64,000 bases of DNA, taken from positions 68,917-132,916 of the forward strand of contig NIVC01002086.1 of NCBI GenBank assembly GCA_002269645.1, given 5' to 3'. This document shows, in pieces, positions 1 through 13,257 of this stretch (the stretch's first letter is position 1; each line of letters opens with the position of its first letter). Made by a program: the position numbers and the translations under genes. A model generated the notes under the pieces. The model was not told the origin of the DNA, searched no databases, and saw only the letters and a program-made list of their open reading frames with translations. The stretch is from Macrostomum lignano. Its lineage: Eukaryota.

Positions 1-562
1 TTTCCCAACCTGGGATCTGTATTAGCATTGTGTTTGTGTCTAACTTGAACTGAGCTCAGTCCAAGCCAAAGCTGCATGATAGCCACACATAGACAAGGTA
101 TAGTCTCTTTAGCTTTTTGTCCCCAGGTCAGGTAAGTCACACAGCCAGGACCTCCAGCTCCATCAAGACTAAAGTTCACACCAGAGTGAGTCCATTCTAG
201 AAAGCTTCTCATGATTTTTTAACTAGATAATGGCTGGCATTAAGCAAAATAGATTTATTAACATTTTGCTTTTATTTCAAATTTTATAGCAGTTTCTATC
301 AAAACATTTTTAAAACAATGACTATAAGCTATATTACATATAGTCATTATAGCTATAACTGCCATAATTTTGTTTCCTAGATAGAACATATCTTTTAAAT
401 CTATATCTATATCTTACAACTTTATACAACATTTAATTACATTAAATTCAATAGCAATAGTGCCTATATCATGTATTTTAATATAGTAAGGATGCAAAAA
501 GAATAATATAGTTAATTTATTCTATCAGTATTTAATAGTGCCTTATTTATGATATAAGAATA

Positions 563-880
563 TATAAGCTTTTGAAACCATAGGATTTTAAACTAGCTGA
601 GCTTCAATTGTCAGAACTATTTTTAGAAAAATCTACAATTTTAAGTCATACTCAAACAAAACTTGTTAATAGATAAGATAGAGATAAAATACAAATTTTT
701 ATTAAATTAGGATTTGAGGCAAGCATTGATCTTGTTGGCTAGGAGTGCCATGCAGAATGAGTCTATCTAAACTATAAATTTATGTAGAAAGTACATGCTG
801 GCAAACTCTAGCCTTTGTCTCTTTTTCTATCCCTTGGATTCTTTGAAACTTATCTTATGTCTACTTTTTCCTCTCTATTT
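563..880. repeat. Dispersed repeat head, copy A (homologous to 9665-9940), followed by a CT-rich tract
   Basis: Read-by-eye similarity: aagcttttgaaaccataggattttaaac...ctcaaacaaaacttgttaatag...aaattaggatttgaggcaagc...ctggcaaactctagcc...cccttggattctttgaaact versus the equivalent blocks at 9665-9940. Confidence 0.75.
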
Positions 881-1690
881 TCTTTACTTAGATCATGAAT
901 CATCTTGTCTTCTCTCTTCTCTTTCTGCTTTAACAACTCTCTTCTCTTTTTTATCTCCCTTATCTATTTTAGTCTCTGCTCTTTTTATCGCTTCTCTCCC
1001 CTTTTTTTCTTTTCCTATCTCTCCCCCTCTCTCTCTATTGTTCCCTCATCTTTCCTTTTCTCTCTCTTCTTATCTTTTCACTCTTGTCTCTGTTCTCTCA
1101 TTTCCCTCTTTTCTTCTATCATCTTTACTCTCTAATCAGTTCTCTTACCTTTTCCTTTGTATTCTTTTCCTTCCCCTCTTCTAACTATTCTTTCCTTTCT
1201 CATCTCTTCTCTTCTCTTCTCTCTTCTTTACTCTTTCCATCTCATCTTTCTTTTCTCCTAATCTCTCATCTCTTCTTTCATCTCTTTTATCTTTACTATC
1301 TTATCTTTCCTCTGTTTTCTCTCTTCTTCCTTTTTACTATAATATCTCTTCTCCCTCCTATATTGTTGCTTCTTTCTCAACTCTGCTTGCATATCTCTAC
1401 TCTCTTATCTTTTCTCTCCTCTACCTTTTCTCCTCTATATTTTCCTTTTTACTCTTATCTCTTCTCCTTCTCCCTTTTCTCTTCCAATTCTTATCTTTAC
1501 TCTCTCTTCTTGCTTCTCTTGCCCCCATTTCTCTCTTCCATTCCTTTTTCCCCTTCTCTCCCCTCTCCTCTCACTTCTCACTTCATTTTTCTCTCCTATC
1601 TTCTCCTTTCTTTCTCTCTCCTCATCTACTTGTATTTTTCTCATCTTGTATCCTTTATCTTACCCCCTATCTTGCCTCTCCCTTTTCTAC
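880..1690. repeat. Polypyrimidine (CT-rich) low-complexity tract
   Basis: Almost pure C/T on the + strand. The overlapping S/L/F/P-rich ORFs are compositional artefacts. Confidence 0.95.
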
Positions 1691-2178
1691 ATCCAGGGGA
1701 CTTGCATCAAGGCAGATTGCACTCCCATGCCAACTATGGACGAGCTTCAGAAACATCTAGATATCAAGCTCCAAGCTCTCTGTGCCTCTATTACCATGGC
1801 AGAGCGGACCACAGATTTGCCATTGATGACAGTTCCCTATGCAGGCATCAGTCTTATCAACATTCAGTCCCTCCAGACCGCAGTCAATGCTCACCGGCCT
1901 AGTTTTACTTCTAACTGGAAACAGGAGCCAAAAAATCGTATTTTTATGGTAAGAACTTATGGTAAGAATTATGGTAAGAACATCGCCTGTGTCTTCTACA
2001 ATAAGCATGGCCATAGTCCTCTCCATTGTAATCAAATCACCCAGCCTCAGACCTGTCTAGAGATGGTGAGAAAAAAGAGACTCTGCTACAACTGTCTCCA
2101 TCAACATGCAGTTTGTGATTGCCCGTCCCACTTCTGGTACCACAAGTGTCACACCAGTCATCACACCTCCCTCTATAC

Positions 2179-2698
2179 CACAGAATATACACAGAATGGT
2201 GAATCAGCGCTTAAACTAGTTATCAGAATAAAATGTTCATAGACTACTAATGATGAGGTGGCGAAAAGTAGTGCAATTAAAGTGACGTAGATTAAGCTAA
2301 GTGCCCTAGGCTATATGTATTAAAAGTCTATGTAAAGAGATAAAGATAAGCGTAAAAGACTTTTTGATTAGCTTGTACTGCTTGCACGTGTATTTTTTGA
2401 TAACATTGAATTAGAATTAACATTGAATTGAAGAATGTAGGAATTAATTGAATAAGAATTCTTCTTAAATTGAATTAAATTAAATTTGAAAATATTGCAT
2501 TGGCTGACAGCTCCACAGAGTATACACAGTATATACAGTATATTCTGTGGACAGCTCACCTAACGATTGTTTATGGCACTAGCTGCCTAAATCTACTACT
2601 TATCACGCGCCTCATCATTAGCAGCATATTGCGAATATAGTTTCGGAGCAAGATTTTTTTGCAAGAGAGCTAATTCACCATTCTGTGTATATTCTGTG
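2179..2698. mobile_element. hAT-like MITE (520 bp) inserted in Pao gag
   Basis: Perfect 26-bp TIR CACAGAATATACACAGAATGGTGAAT (2179-2204; reverse complement 2673-2698). 8-bp TSD ctctatac (2171-2178) / ctccatac (2699-2706). Removing it restores HHTSLH-TTFLTEP in frame. hAT assignment rests on the 8-bp TSD and CA..TG ends. Confidence 0.9.
2514..2549. mobile_element. 36-bp mini-element nested in the MITE, same TIR family
   Basis: CACAGAGTATAC...GTATATTCTGTG (12-bp TIR, 1 mismatch) flanked by a perfect 8-bp direct repeat gacagctc (2506-2513 and 2550-2557). Confidence 0.8.
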
Positions 2699-3240
2699 CT
2701 CCATACTACATTTTTGACAGAGCCTCAGACCAAAGGCGCAGTCCCTCTTCCGCATCCTAGTCATCATATTGCAAAAGCTAAGGTGAACTCGCAACTGAAC
2801 GTCATTTCTGGCCCCTCAATGGTTCTCACGAGACCAAAGGCTGCCACTGGTAGCACATCTGAGCCCACTAGCTCAGTGTCATGCATCTGATCTTCAAGTG
2901 ATAGTCATCTCCAGCCAACAAACATGGCCACATTTTCCGCACTGGCTTTCAACCCCAGCTTAGGCGACAGCGTTTGCATATCAGCCCTCATTGATGGAGG
3001 CTGCAATTATATGTACCTTCAGAGTGACATTGCGAGGCGTCTGAAACTGCTGGTTCTCGGGCGGCTCAGCCTAGACAGCTCTGCGTGCCACACCGAAACC
3101 TGCCACCGCATAAGTGCCAAAGTTGTGCGCATCGAACTAGCTACACCAGACAGTTGGAACATGCCACTGACTATCTTATCAGTGGACCAAATCGCCCCAG
3201 CAATCCACTTACAGGCTCTGCAGCTTCCCATGGATGTTTG

Positions 3241-4857
3241 CCCTAGTTGACAATCTTACATTTTTGCCTTGCAAGATCTGACAAAGCTTACAAATCTTGA
3301 CAGATCTGGGATGAACTGGTAGGAATCTGCGAGTCATAGCTTAGAAATTAAATAGCATATAAGTCATTAAAACCCGGCTTCAAATAGTCCACAACCGATG
3401 AATTTGCATTTGAAGAAGTAATTCTGCCTCTAATAAACATTTTGCATTGTTTTTTTCACCTATAAGATCTGACCAGATATGGCAAAACATGGCAATACAA
3501 ATTTTATCCAAGAAAATTAAAATGATCAACCATAGTGATATCAGCCACTACATGTATATAAGAGATTATTAATTCATCTATATGCAGCTGTTTTCCTGAT
3601 TTTTTGCACTTTTTGCAATTAGCAAATATTACAAAATCTTATCAGATCTTGTCATTAACAACAACATAAAAGTTTTTCATTTATATTGTAACTAGTAAAA
3701 AAGGGAAAATCGGCTGCAAATAAATTATAAAATTCATTTGCTTTTCTAAAATAATCTAAAATCATGTGCTTAAAGTTTTAAATGTCAGCAAATCTTGTAT
3801 ATTTTTTATAGAAATTAATGATTGAGAACTGTTACATTTTTAAATTTTTTACATACATAAATTATTGTACCTTTTCTGCACTTTCAGCTAATGGCAGGCC
3901 AACCTATGGCACCCACAACAATTGTATCTCCTGCAGAGCTTCAGAACAGCCTTGTCCTATGTAATCTGGCTGTTTAATTAATTGTACTACTACCAATGCT
4001 GTTCATCTTGTTTTTTCATAGCAATTTTTTATTTAAAGGCTTTCTATAAGTCCTTTGTTTCTGTAAGTGTAGGTTATCTATTTATTTTATATTAACTTGA
4101 TATTACTGTGAGTAAAAACAAATGCATAAACTGCTTAAAATATTTAAACTTACTTAAAATGCCAGAAAAAATGCAATACTGTACTGCAATTTCATCATGC
4201 TTTCTTTGTACTTTATACATATTAATAAAGTACATGTCAAGTTTTTTTTGTTGTTTCAAGTTTTGAACTATGGAAAAAATCATTTTGCTTTATTGATAAT
4301 TCTTAGTATTTTTAAAGTTAAATCCTTTTAATTTTAGACATAAGCTGTGAGTACTGTAAAGCCTTTTTGACTTTGACTTTTTACTCTTAATTATATTCTA
4401 TATTCAATCCAATAATCATTTAAATTACAATTTAGTTCTTTTTTAAATCAAGACAATTAAATTTTTGGTGCTTTCTTTCACTGTTAATTTTTTTTCTAAC
4501 AGTTTAATTCATGATTAGCTATTTAGTCATAGATAAAGTTTGGATCTTGAATCTATTGGGGACATCAGATCAGATCTTTTGCTATTTTGTGAACCAAACA
4601 GGCAAACGGCATGAATTTATTGAACTGGATTAGACACTAACCATTGAAAAATACATGTAGATGTCTTACAAATTCATTTAAGATCTGGTAGCTATCGTAC
4701 AAGATCTGCTAGCCATCTTACAAGATCTGTTGCTATCTTACAAGATCTGACAAAATCTGGCAAGAAAGTCCAAATCAATACTTATAAGATCTTAAATGAT
4801 CTTAAAAGATAGGTAAGACAGATTCTGCAAGATTCAGTAAGTCATTGTCAACTAGGG
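3241..4857. mobile_element. Non-autonomous DNA transposon (1617 bp), CMC/EnSpm-like, inserted in the Pao protease region
   Basis: TIR CCCTAGTTGACAAT (3241-3254) / ATTGTCAACTAGGG (4844-4857), subterminal AGATCT(G)-type repeats at both ends, and a 2-bp TG TSD (3239-3240, 4858-4859). Removal rejoins LPMDV*ASLAHLPHG...IDLLIGNDY in frame. Confidence 0.85.
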
Positions 4858-5941
4858 TGAGCTTCACTAGCCCACCTGCCACATGGCGTTATGAATATCC
4901 TGCTTAAGAAAGACATTCATTTGCTTATTGATTTACTCATTGGCAATGATTATGTCCAACTTTTGACCAGTTTTGTGCAATCCCACTGCACCCCAGTTTC
5001 ACTGCACACCTCACACCTTTTGGTGCCATTCTCTTGGGATCTCTGGCAGATGCTGTGGCCATTGGTTTGATTAGCCCCATACCGAGCATATCTCTTCTCT
5101 GTGGTACTCGACTGAATGCTCTCGAATAGCTAGTCTAGCACTCTACTAGCCTGGAAACTCTTGGGCTGGAGAAGGGTACAGAGATTTGTTGCGCATTCCA
5201 AGACGACCCGCTGACCAAACAGCTTCTAGACACCATCACTTGCCAGGACAACGGTTGTTTTTTGGTCACTTTGCCTTTCAAGCCGGACACAGCATATCTA
5301 ACAGACAACTTTGGACAGGCCTTTGGTCGCGCTCAGACAACTTATCACCGGCTAACACTTGCACAACGCGAAGCGTACTATGGGGAATTTGAGAAGTGCA
5401 AGACTAAGGGCGTCCACAAGATAGTGAATGATACTGGTCCAACTGGTCCCATTGTCCACGTGCTTCCTCACTTTCCTGTCATTAAGGAGTCTTCCAACAC
5501 AACGAAGATTCGACCAGTAGTAGATGCATCGGCTCCTATATCCCTAGGTGGCCACTCATTGAATGACCTCAAGACTGGGCCAAATCTGTTAATAGATTTG
5601 CTTTAGGTCCAGATGCACCTGCACCTGTTTCCATACGCTTGCGTCAGAAATATTCAGTTGGCTTTCTATCAAATGTTCATCCCGAGTGCTGGGACGCCCT
5701 CCACATAATTCTCCCAAAGGACATCACCCAACCACTCAATAGAGACAATTACAAGCTGTGGCACTTTACAAGGATAGTAATTGGGGCTAGTCTATCCCCA
5801 TAGATCCTCTTTGCCATTATTCACAAACTCTGTCTTGATGCTTTGGGTAGTAAATCATTCGGCCTATGCGCTGATATGATTGACGCCATCCTATCTAGAC
5901 TCTACATGGACAACCTGGTGATGGGTTACAACAATCAGATC

Positions 5942-6201
5942 CATACATGCGCAACAGTTGGCCGAGTTGGCCGATCCGGCGAACTGATTTGGCAGCCAAC
6001 CAAGGAATTTGCATAAATGCCCACCCAAAAATACCCAAGTAGTAGTACTAAGTAGCTGACGAGGCTTTTTTGCCTGATAAGACAGTCATAGTTACTCCCG
6101 TTTTTTTACTTGCAAGTCACATTTTTGGCCAAAAACTATGTCGCATTTTTGTTAAAACTAAGTCGCACGGTCGACCGAATTTTGGACATTGCGCATGTAT
6201 G
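5942..6201. mobile_element. hAT-like MITE (260 bp) inserted in Pao RT
   Basis: Perfect 13-bp TIR CATACATGCGCAA / TTGCGCATGTATG. 8-bp TSD atcagatc (5934-5941) / atcagatt (6202-6209). Removal restores YMDNLVMGYNNQI-DGACL...FHLREFA in frame. Confidence 0.9.
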
Positions 6202-8863
6202 ATCAGATTGATGGGGCCTGCCTAGTCAACAGCCTTTGTGATCTTTTCTAATCGGGTTGCTTCCACCTCCGGGAGTTTGCAATGAAAGACCAGACTGCTC
6301 TGCGTGACCTATTGGCCACAGATCAGATGAATGAACTGGTCGTTTTAAACCTAGGTATTTACTAGGACATGGCCAAAGACACCATGTATCTAGTTTAACC
6401 AGAAATCCCTTGTGACACTATGCTGACCCGCGCTACTTAGTGCTATCTCTAAGCCCTACGATCAATTCGGCTACACTGTACCTCTTCTGCTAGCTGGCCA
6501 GATCCTATTCCACACGGCTTTCCATTCTGGGGATTTCTAGGACCAACCCATTGATGAAGCCACCAGCCACGGTCGATGCATGGTGTACTCTTCGGGACAA
6601 CTTTGCCAACATAGATAGTATAACAATGCCTCGTTGCTGCATCTCAGATCAGGAGCCCTGCCGACTGGTCATCTTTAGCGATGGTTCACAGAGGGCTTAT
6701 GGTTTTACTATCTATCTGTACCAGCATGTGGGTGACAATGTGAATGCGACACTTCTCTACACTAAGGCACGCCTTGTTCCAATTGGTAAGAAGCATCTCT
6801 ATATTACTATACTTTGCATTGAACTGTGGGCTGCTCTGGTCGCCATTTGTGCTACAGCACTCCTTCAGGATATGCTCACCTCAACTCTTAACATCGTGAG
6901 CATTACCCACTACATCGATAGCCAGATAGTCCTCTACTGGCTTTAGCGCAATGCCAAATCAGACAAGCTTCGCCCATATGAGTGTCACCGCATTTAGGAG
7001 ATCATGAATTCCGGCCTCACAAATGATTGCCAATATGTACCAACTGCACTAAACTTAAGAGACCACTGCACAAAGCCACTGATGCTCTCTTAGCTTCTTT
7101 GATTGGACTTTTATTGTGGACCAGAGTTCCTCCCCAAAAAGTGGCCATCTTGGATTCTACAAAGACACAATATTGACTTGACAGACTTGAATGCATTTCT
7201 ACTGCTCTCATGCACCAAGGCCGAGATGCCTGTCACTACCGCTCTCTTGTTTATCACGGAAGAGGTAGTTGTTCTACCTCCGGGTAGCATGGACATCTCC
7301 AGATTTAGCCGCCTTACTATGCTACTCGGGGCTACTGCCTATGTTGTTAATTTGCGAACACATAGTAAAATCACTGGCATTCCTCATGCAATGGAGCACA
7401 ACACTGTTCTGCTCCGTTGGGTCAAGTTCATTCAACTTAGCTATTTTTGGAAGTTGTAATCACTCTTCAATCAAACCGGCCTGGGACCTATCAAATAATT
7501 CATCAACTAGCACTCTTTCTGGACTCAAATGGTTATGTCCGACTAGGGTCTTGCATGGCAAATGCCACCTTTAATGCCACCACCATTTTTCCGCTACTCA
7601 TGCCGACAGACAGCTACTTGACCATCTTCTCATTCTACACATTCATGAGCAAGAAGTGCACGCATCTGCTTGCACCATCCTCGGTTGTCTGAGGGAATGT
7701 TTCCGGTTTTCTCGAGGACTCTCTACGATACGTGGTGTTCTTAAGAATTGCCTTCCCTGCCGCAACGCCAAAAGTTCCACATTGCCGCGCCCACCACCTG
7801 GCCTGCTACCTCCTGAGTGCCTCGACTTCACTCAGCCTGCGTTCAATTCCATCCTTGTTGACTAGCTGGGTCTAATTCATACATTTGAACCAAAGACTGC
7901 GGCCAATGCCAAGCGCTGGGCTTTTGTTATCTCTTGCACTACAAGCCGTGCCATACATCTGGAGTACCTGAATGACTACTCTGGCGATGCCATGCTTTGA
8001 GCCTTCGAGCGGTTTTGGGCTCAACGTAGCCTCACTGAGGGTGCCATCTTTCTCGACCAGGCTCCTGCGTTTCAATCCGCCACCAAAGCCATAGGCTTGC
8101 TTCTCAGACCTATCTTCCAGCACAAGTTATACTAAGACCTGCAACTTTTTGCTGCTGCCAAACAGCTATGCTTCAAATTTGTACCAGTTCGCACGCCTTG
8201 GCACCAGGGGGCTGTTGAAAGAATGGTTGCTCTTATCAAATCCAGCATTCACCCCACACTGTGGCGCCGCCGGATCTGTGACGACGAGCTGCAAACGCTT
8301 TTGTGCAGAGTCAAAGCACAACTGAACTCACGACCTTTAACTGCCCTTAGCAATGATCCTGACAACCTACGCCCTCTAACCCCAGCCAGCATAGTAGCGC
8401 CAAATTGCAGACTGGACTTACCAAGCACAGCAGATGCAGACCACTTCACTTCACCCGCAGGTTAATCTACTGCCAATCGCCTCCGTGCCCTCTATTGTTG
8501 CAGAGAGGAGATTCTTGACTCCTTCTAGAACCACTGGCACCGAGAATATCTGCAACATCTACAGTCCACCCATCTACAGGACCATTGCTGTTTTAAAGGC
8601 CAGTTCTATCAACCGTGTGTTGGTCAGCTTTACCTTCTTGCTAACAGTACACCTTGCTCAAACTGGAAGACGTGTCGAGTTGTCGCAAACCATCTAGACA
8701 CTCAGGGAATCATTCGATATGTGACAGTTTGCACAAGTTCCGGGCATGAATCCCAACGGGCTGTCACCCACCTGGTCCCACTCGAGGCTGATCTTCCTAC
8801 TCAGAATGCAAGTGACACGAATAGTGCAGACAACAAAATGCAGCCACCAGGGGCCACGGAAAC

Positions 8864-9296
8864 TGTCTCTCTCTACACTCTTCGTGCGTAGCGTTGACAG
8901 TGCATTTGAGACTATTAATGAGCATTTTAACACAATCAACTTGAGTCCCCTCATTCTAAATGGCCCTATCTTCCTATAAAGTTGACTTGCAAAAATATCT
9001 GGAATCTGTTGCTATTCTCTGTTGTTTATGACTGTTTAGCCGCCCCCAGAGTTAACAGATCTACAACGCAAACCGCAATTATTAAAGCATGTCAATTTCA
9101 ATCAATATTATCGTTTAAGGTTACATGTTCAGCACCTTTTGCGTGCCCCCCCCAATCTATCGGATTCTTATCCTCCAATGTTTCCCTTTAATTTGCAGCC
9201 TTGCGCTTTTAGTTCAAACTCAGTTGTGTCTCACTAAATTAATAGTCTATGGCACCCATACAGACTGCAGCTCAGCCCGCCTTCAAATCAATCACA
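8864..9296 (+). repeat. Putative 3' LTR of the Pao element
   Basis: A purine-rich run (caggggccacggaaa) is followed by TGT at 8864, just after the integrase end, with a possible ...ACA end at 9296. No second LTR is in the window to confirm the boundaries. Confidence 0.35.
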
Positions 9297-9359
9297 CCTT
9301 TAATATTTGACAAATATATCTCTTCCTACAAAAAACCTAATTACTTGTCTAAACAACAA

Positions 9360-9660
9360 TAACAATTGTGTCAAAATAGTATAAAATTAAATTGTATCAA
9401 ATTTGAAGATGATTGGTAAACTGGAACAGCACTATGGAGGATTTAGTGAAAAAATTGCACATTTTGAAAAGTTTTTTGCATTCTTAGATAGGAAGACTTG
9501 GATTTAAGAAATTTCATTAAGGCAGCCTAAGTCTAAAACATTTTCTAGGCCTATAGTGAGTTTAGCCAGGGTGGGTGCAACATTTGGAATAATTTGGTTG
9601 AGCAGTTTGTGAGTCTATAATGACCAAAATTTGTGTATAAATAAAGTTTTAATTTATATA
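9360..9660. repeat. Dispersed repeat, homologous to ~12270-12570
   Basis: Shared blocks ttgtgtcaa...aaatttgaaga...ctatgga.gatttagt.aaaaaa...tttttgca.t.ttagat.gg.a...atttaagaaattt...gggtgggtgcaa.atttgg. Confidence 0.75.
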
Positions 9661-9664
9661 GGCC

Positions 9665-9929
9665 TACAAGCTGTTGAAACCCGCGGATTTTGAACCCAGG
9701 GAATTTCAATCCCTGGAACTATTTTTGCATGTACTCTTATTCTAAAATCTGAGGTCAAACTCAAACAAAAACTTGTTAATAGTTAGGTTAGAATTAAACA
9801 TAAAATAGAATACATTCGTGAAAAATTAGGATTTGAAGCAAACATTTATATTGTTGGCTGGGGTGCTGCGAACAGGCAAACTCTGGCCTCTGCCTCTCCT
9901 TATGTCCCTTGGATCCTTAGAAACTCTAA

Positions 9930-9940
<11 letters not shown>
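9665..9940. repeat. Dispersed repeat head, copy B (homologous to 563-880)
   Basis: See copy A. Also followed directly by a CT-rich tract. Confidence 0.75.
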
Positions 9941-11340
<1,400 letters not shown>

Positions 11341-12269
11341 TATCTGGCCTGCAGCCATGAGTTGGGTTCTTTATCTGGCTTTTGAGTTAAAAATCAACTG
11401 ATCCCTGCTTCGAAAGCCAGTTTGTGGGACGTAGTACTATCATGGTTATCATTTCTCATGCTTTAATCACGTCATCTTTCTTGCCAACTTGTAGCCCTGA
11501 AAGGAATTTGTGTATCTTCAGCTCCACTGCAGTCTGCATCAGTCTAACAACCAAGGAAATATGCATTTATTCGGAGGCCATTTAAAATTTATACAGTACC
11601 CTTAAAAGAAACCTAAAATTTCCATGGTGTGCCTAATTTAGTAGGGTTGTATCGCATTGCATTGCATTGCCTTTTCATAAATCTTTTGCTTTTACAAACC
11701 ATGCTGGATTCCCTCGATTTGCTAATTGCCATCCACTGTTAAACTACTGCAGAGTTTGCCAATACAGAGGGTAGTGGTTAGAATTTCTCACTAAATTGTT
11801 ATGGCTAAACGTAGCCTCTCTACTCTTGGGATGCAGAGAAGGTTATAAATAAAGTTATTCCAAAACACTGTACATTTGCTATGTACATTCAGTCCTATCG
11901 CCTGACCCTTCGTCTGGCTCTGGGGGAATGAGTGAGTGAGTGGCACAAACAACAGAAAAAGCAGACAAACTTCACATGCTTACAGTTTCTTTTTTGGTTG
12001 AGTTACAGAGTTTAAACTTTACATTTACATAGAAAATGAGTCAATGAAGAATTGTGTCAAGTTTGAAGTCAATTGCTTTACATGGAGCAAACTTATAGCA
12101 GCTGAAAGTTAGTCAATTTTGAAACCCTTCTACACATCTGGGCCCAGATCGGGATCGGGAAAGAGAGGCAGACAGGCGGAGGTTGGGGTGGTTGCTATGC
12201 TGAAAAAATGGCCTAACTTTAAAAGTGCACAGCGCCATTCAGGATTAGCTTTAAGATAAGACTCAAAAA

Positions 12270-12570
12270 TTTACATGATTGTGTCAAGATAGTTGAAGAT
12301 TGTTTGTGTCAAATTTGAAGAGAATCCGTGGAAGTGGAATGGTGCTATGGAAGATTTAGTAAAAAAATCATGCATTTTGAGCAGTTTTTTGCAATTTTAG
12401 ATGGGAAAACTCAAATTTAAGAAATTTTAAGGTAGCCTATGATACTTTCCGTAGTGAATTTAGGGTGGGTGCAAAATTTGGTGTGAATTGATAGAGCGGT
12501 TTGGGAGTCCATAGCGAAGTAATTTGTCTACAGACAGACAGACAGAGTTTTGATTTTTATAGGTAGAGAT
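12270..12570. repeat. Dispersed repeat, homologous to 9360-9660, ending in (CAGA)n
   Basis: Alignment by eye to 9360-9660. Confidence 0.7.
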
Positions 12571-13257
12571 AGAATCATAGATAATACTATTATTATTAGC
12601 CCCCTGTATTATTAGCATTAGGGCCTAGGCCTAGTATTTTGTATTAGTATTAGGCCTAGTACTTTTACTAGTTTACTAGATCCTAGCATACAAGTTGCCT
12701 TCCAAACTATGGATTTTAATGTTTTAAATCCAACATTTACTGTTTCATTTCTTCATTCGTTTATTTTATTTATTTCTTCTTGGTTTATTTGTTTAGCAAA
12801 ACAACTTTTGGCAAATTGACTTTTGGCAAATCAGCTTCTGGCAAATTGACTTGCTACCCCTAGGCCAAGCTATTGGGCTAGCTAGCCTAGGGCCTAGCCT
12901 AGCTATTGAATCAATAGAAGTAGGCCTAGCCTAATAGATAGTGTAAAGGTAATTCAAACAATGGTTAGGGCCTATTTTAATTTTCCAACAAAATGTTATA
13001 TTCTCTTTAGAATATGGGGCTGTCAACTTACCCTTATAAAGAGGAGATCATATATAAGATGAAACATATGTTCCCTGTGTACAAATTACACAAATCATTT
13101 TTCTCGGAGTGACACTAGAGGAAGCTGAATTTGGCAGAAAAAGTTACAAAAATTGGACCTATGATAGGAGAAAACAGGCAAGGGGACAATTAGGGACTCC
13201 ACCTTATGAGATTAAGACTAAGTTTACATAATAGGCCTACTCATAGTTCCTAATTAG

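Larger units (their letters stand above)
1690..8863 (+). mobile_element. Degenerate BEL/Pao LTR retrotransposon, internal gag-pol (5' truncated, many stops and frameshifts)
   Basis: Domains in Pao order: Gag Zn knuckles (RLCYNCLHQHAVCDC..KCHTSHHTSLH, ~2080-2180/2700); aspartic protease ALIDGG (~2985) and IDLLIGNDY (~4930); RT VLPHFPVIKESSNTTKIRPVVDAS (~5460-5530) and YMDN (5903-5914); Pao RNase H IFSDGSQRAYG...KARLVP...ELWAA (6670-6840); integrase zinc-finger region (HIHEQEVH...CLPC) and core (PWHQGAVERMV, LNSRPLT); C-terminal DUF5641-like F*NHWHREYL (~8523). Confidence 0.93.

Noticed and set aside
795-1902. Long S/L/F/P-rich ORFs (up to 272 aa)
   Set aside because: They are translations of the CT tract. 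A strand with almost no A or G rarely produces stop codons.
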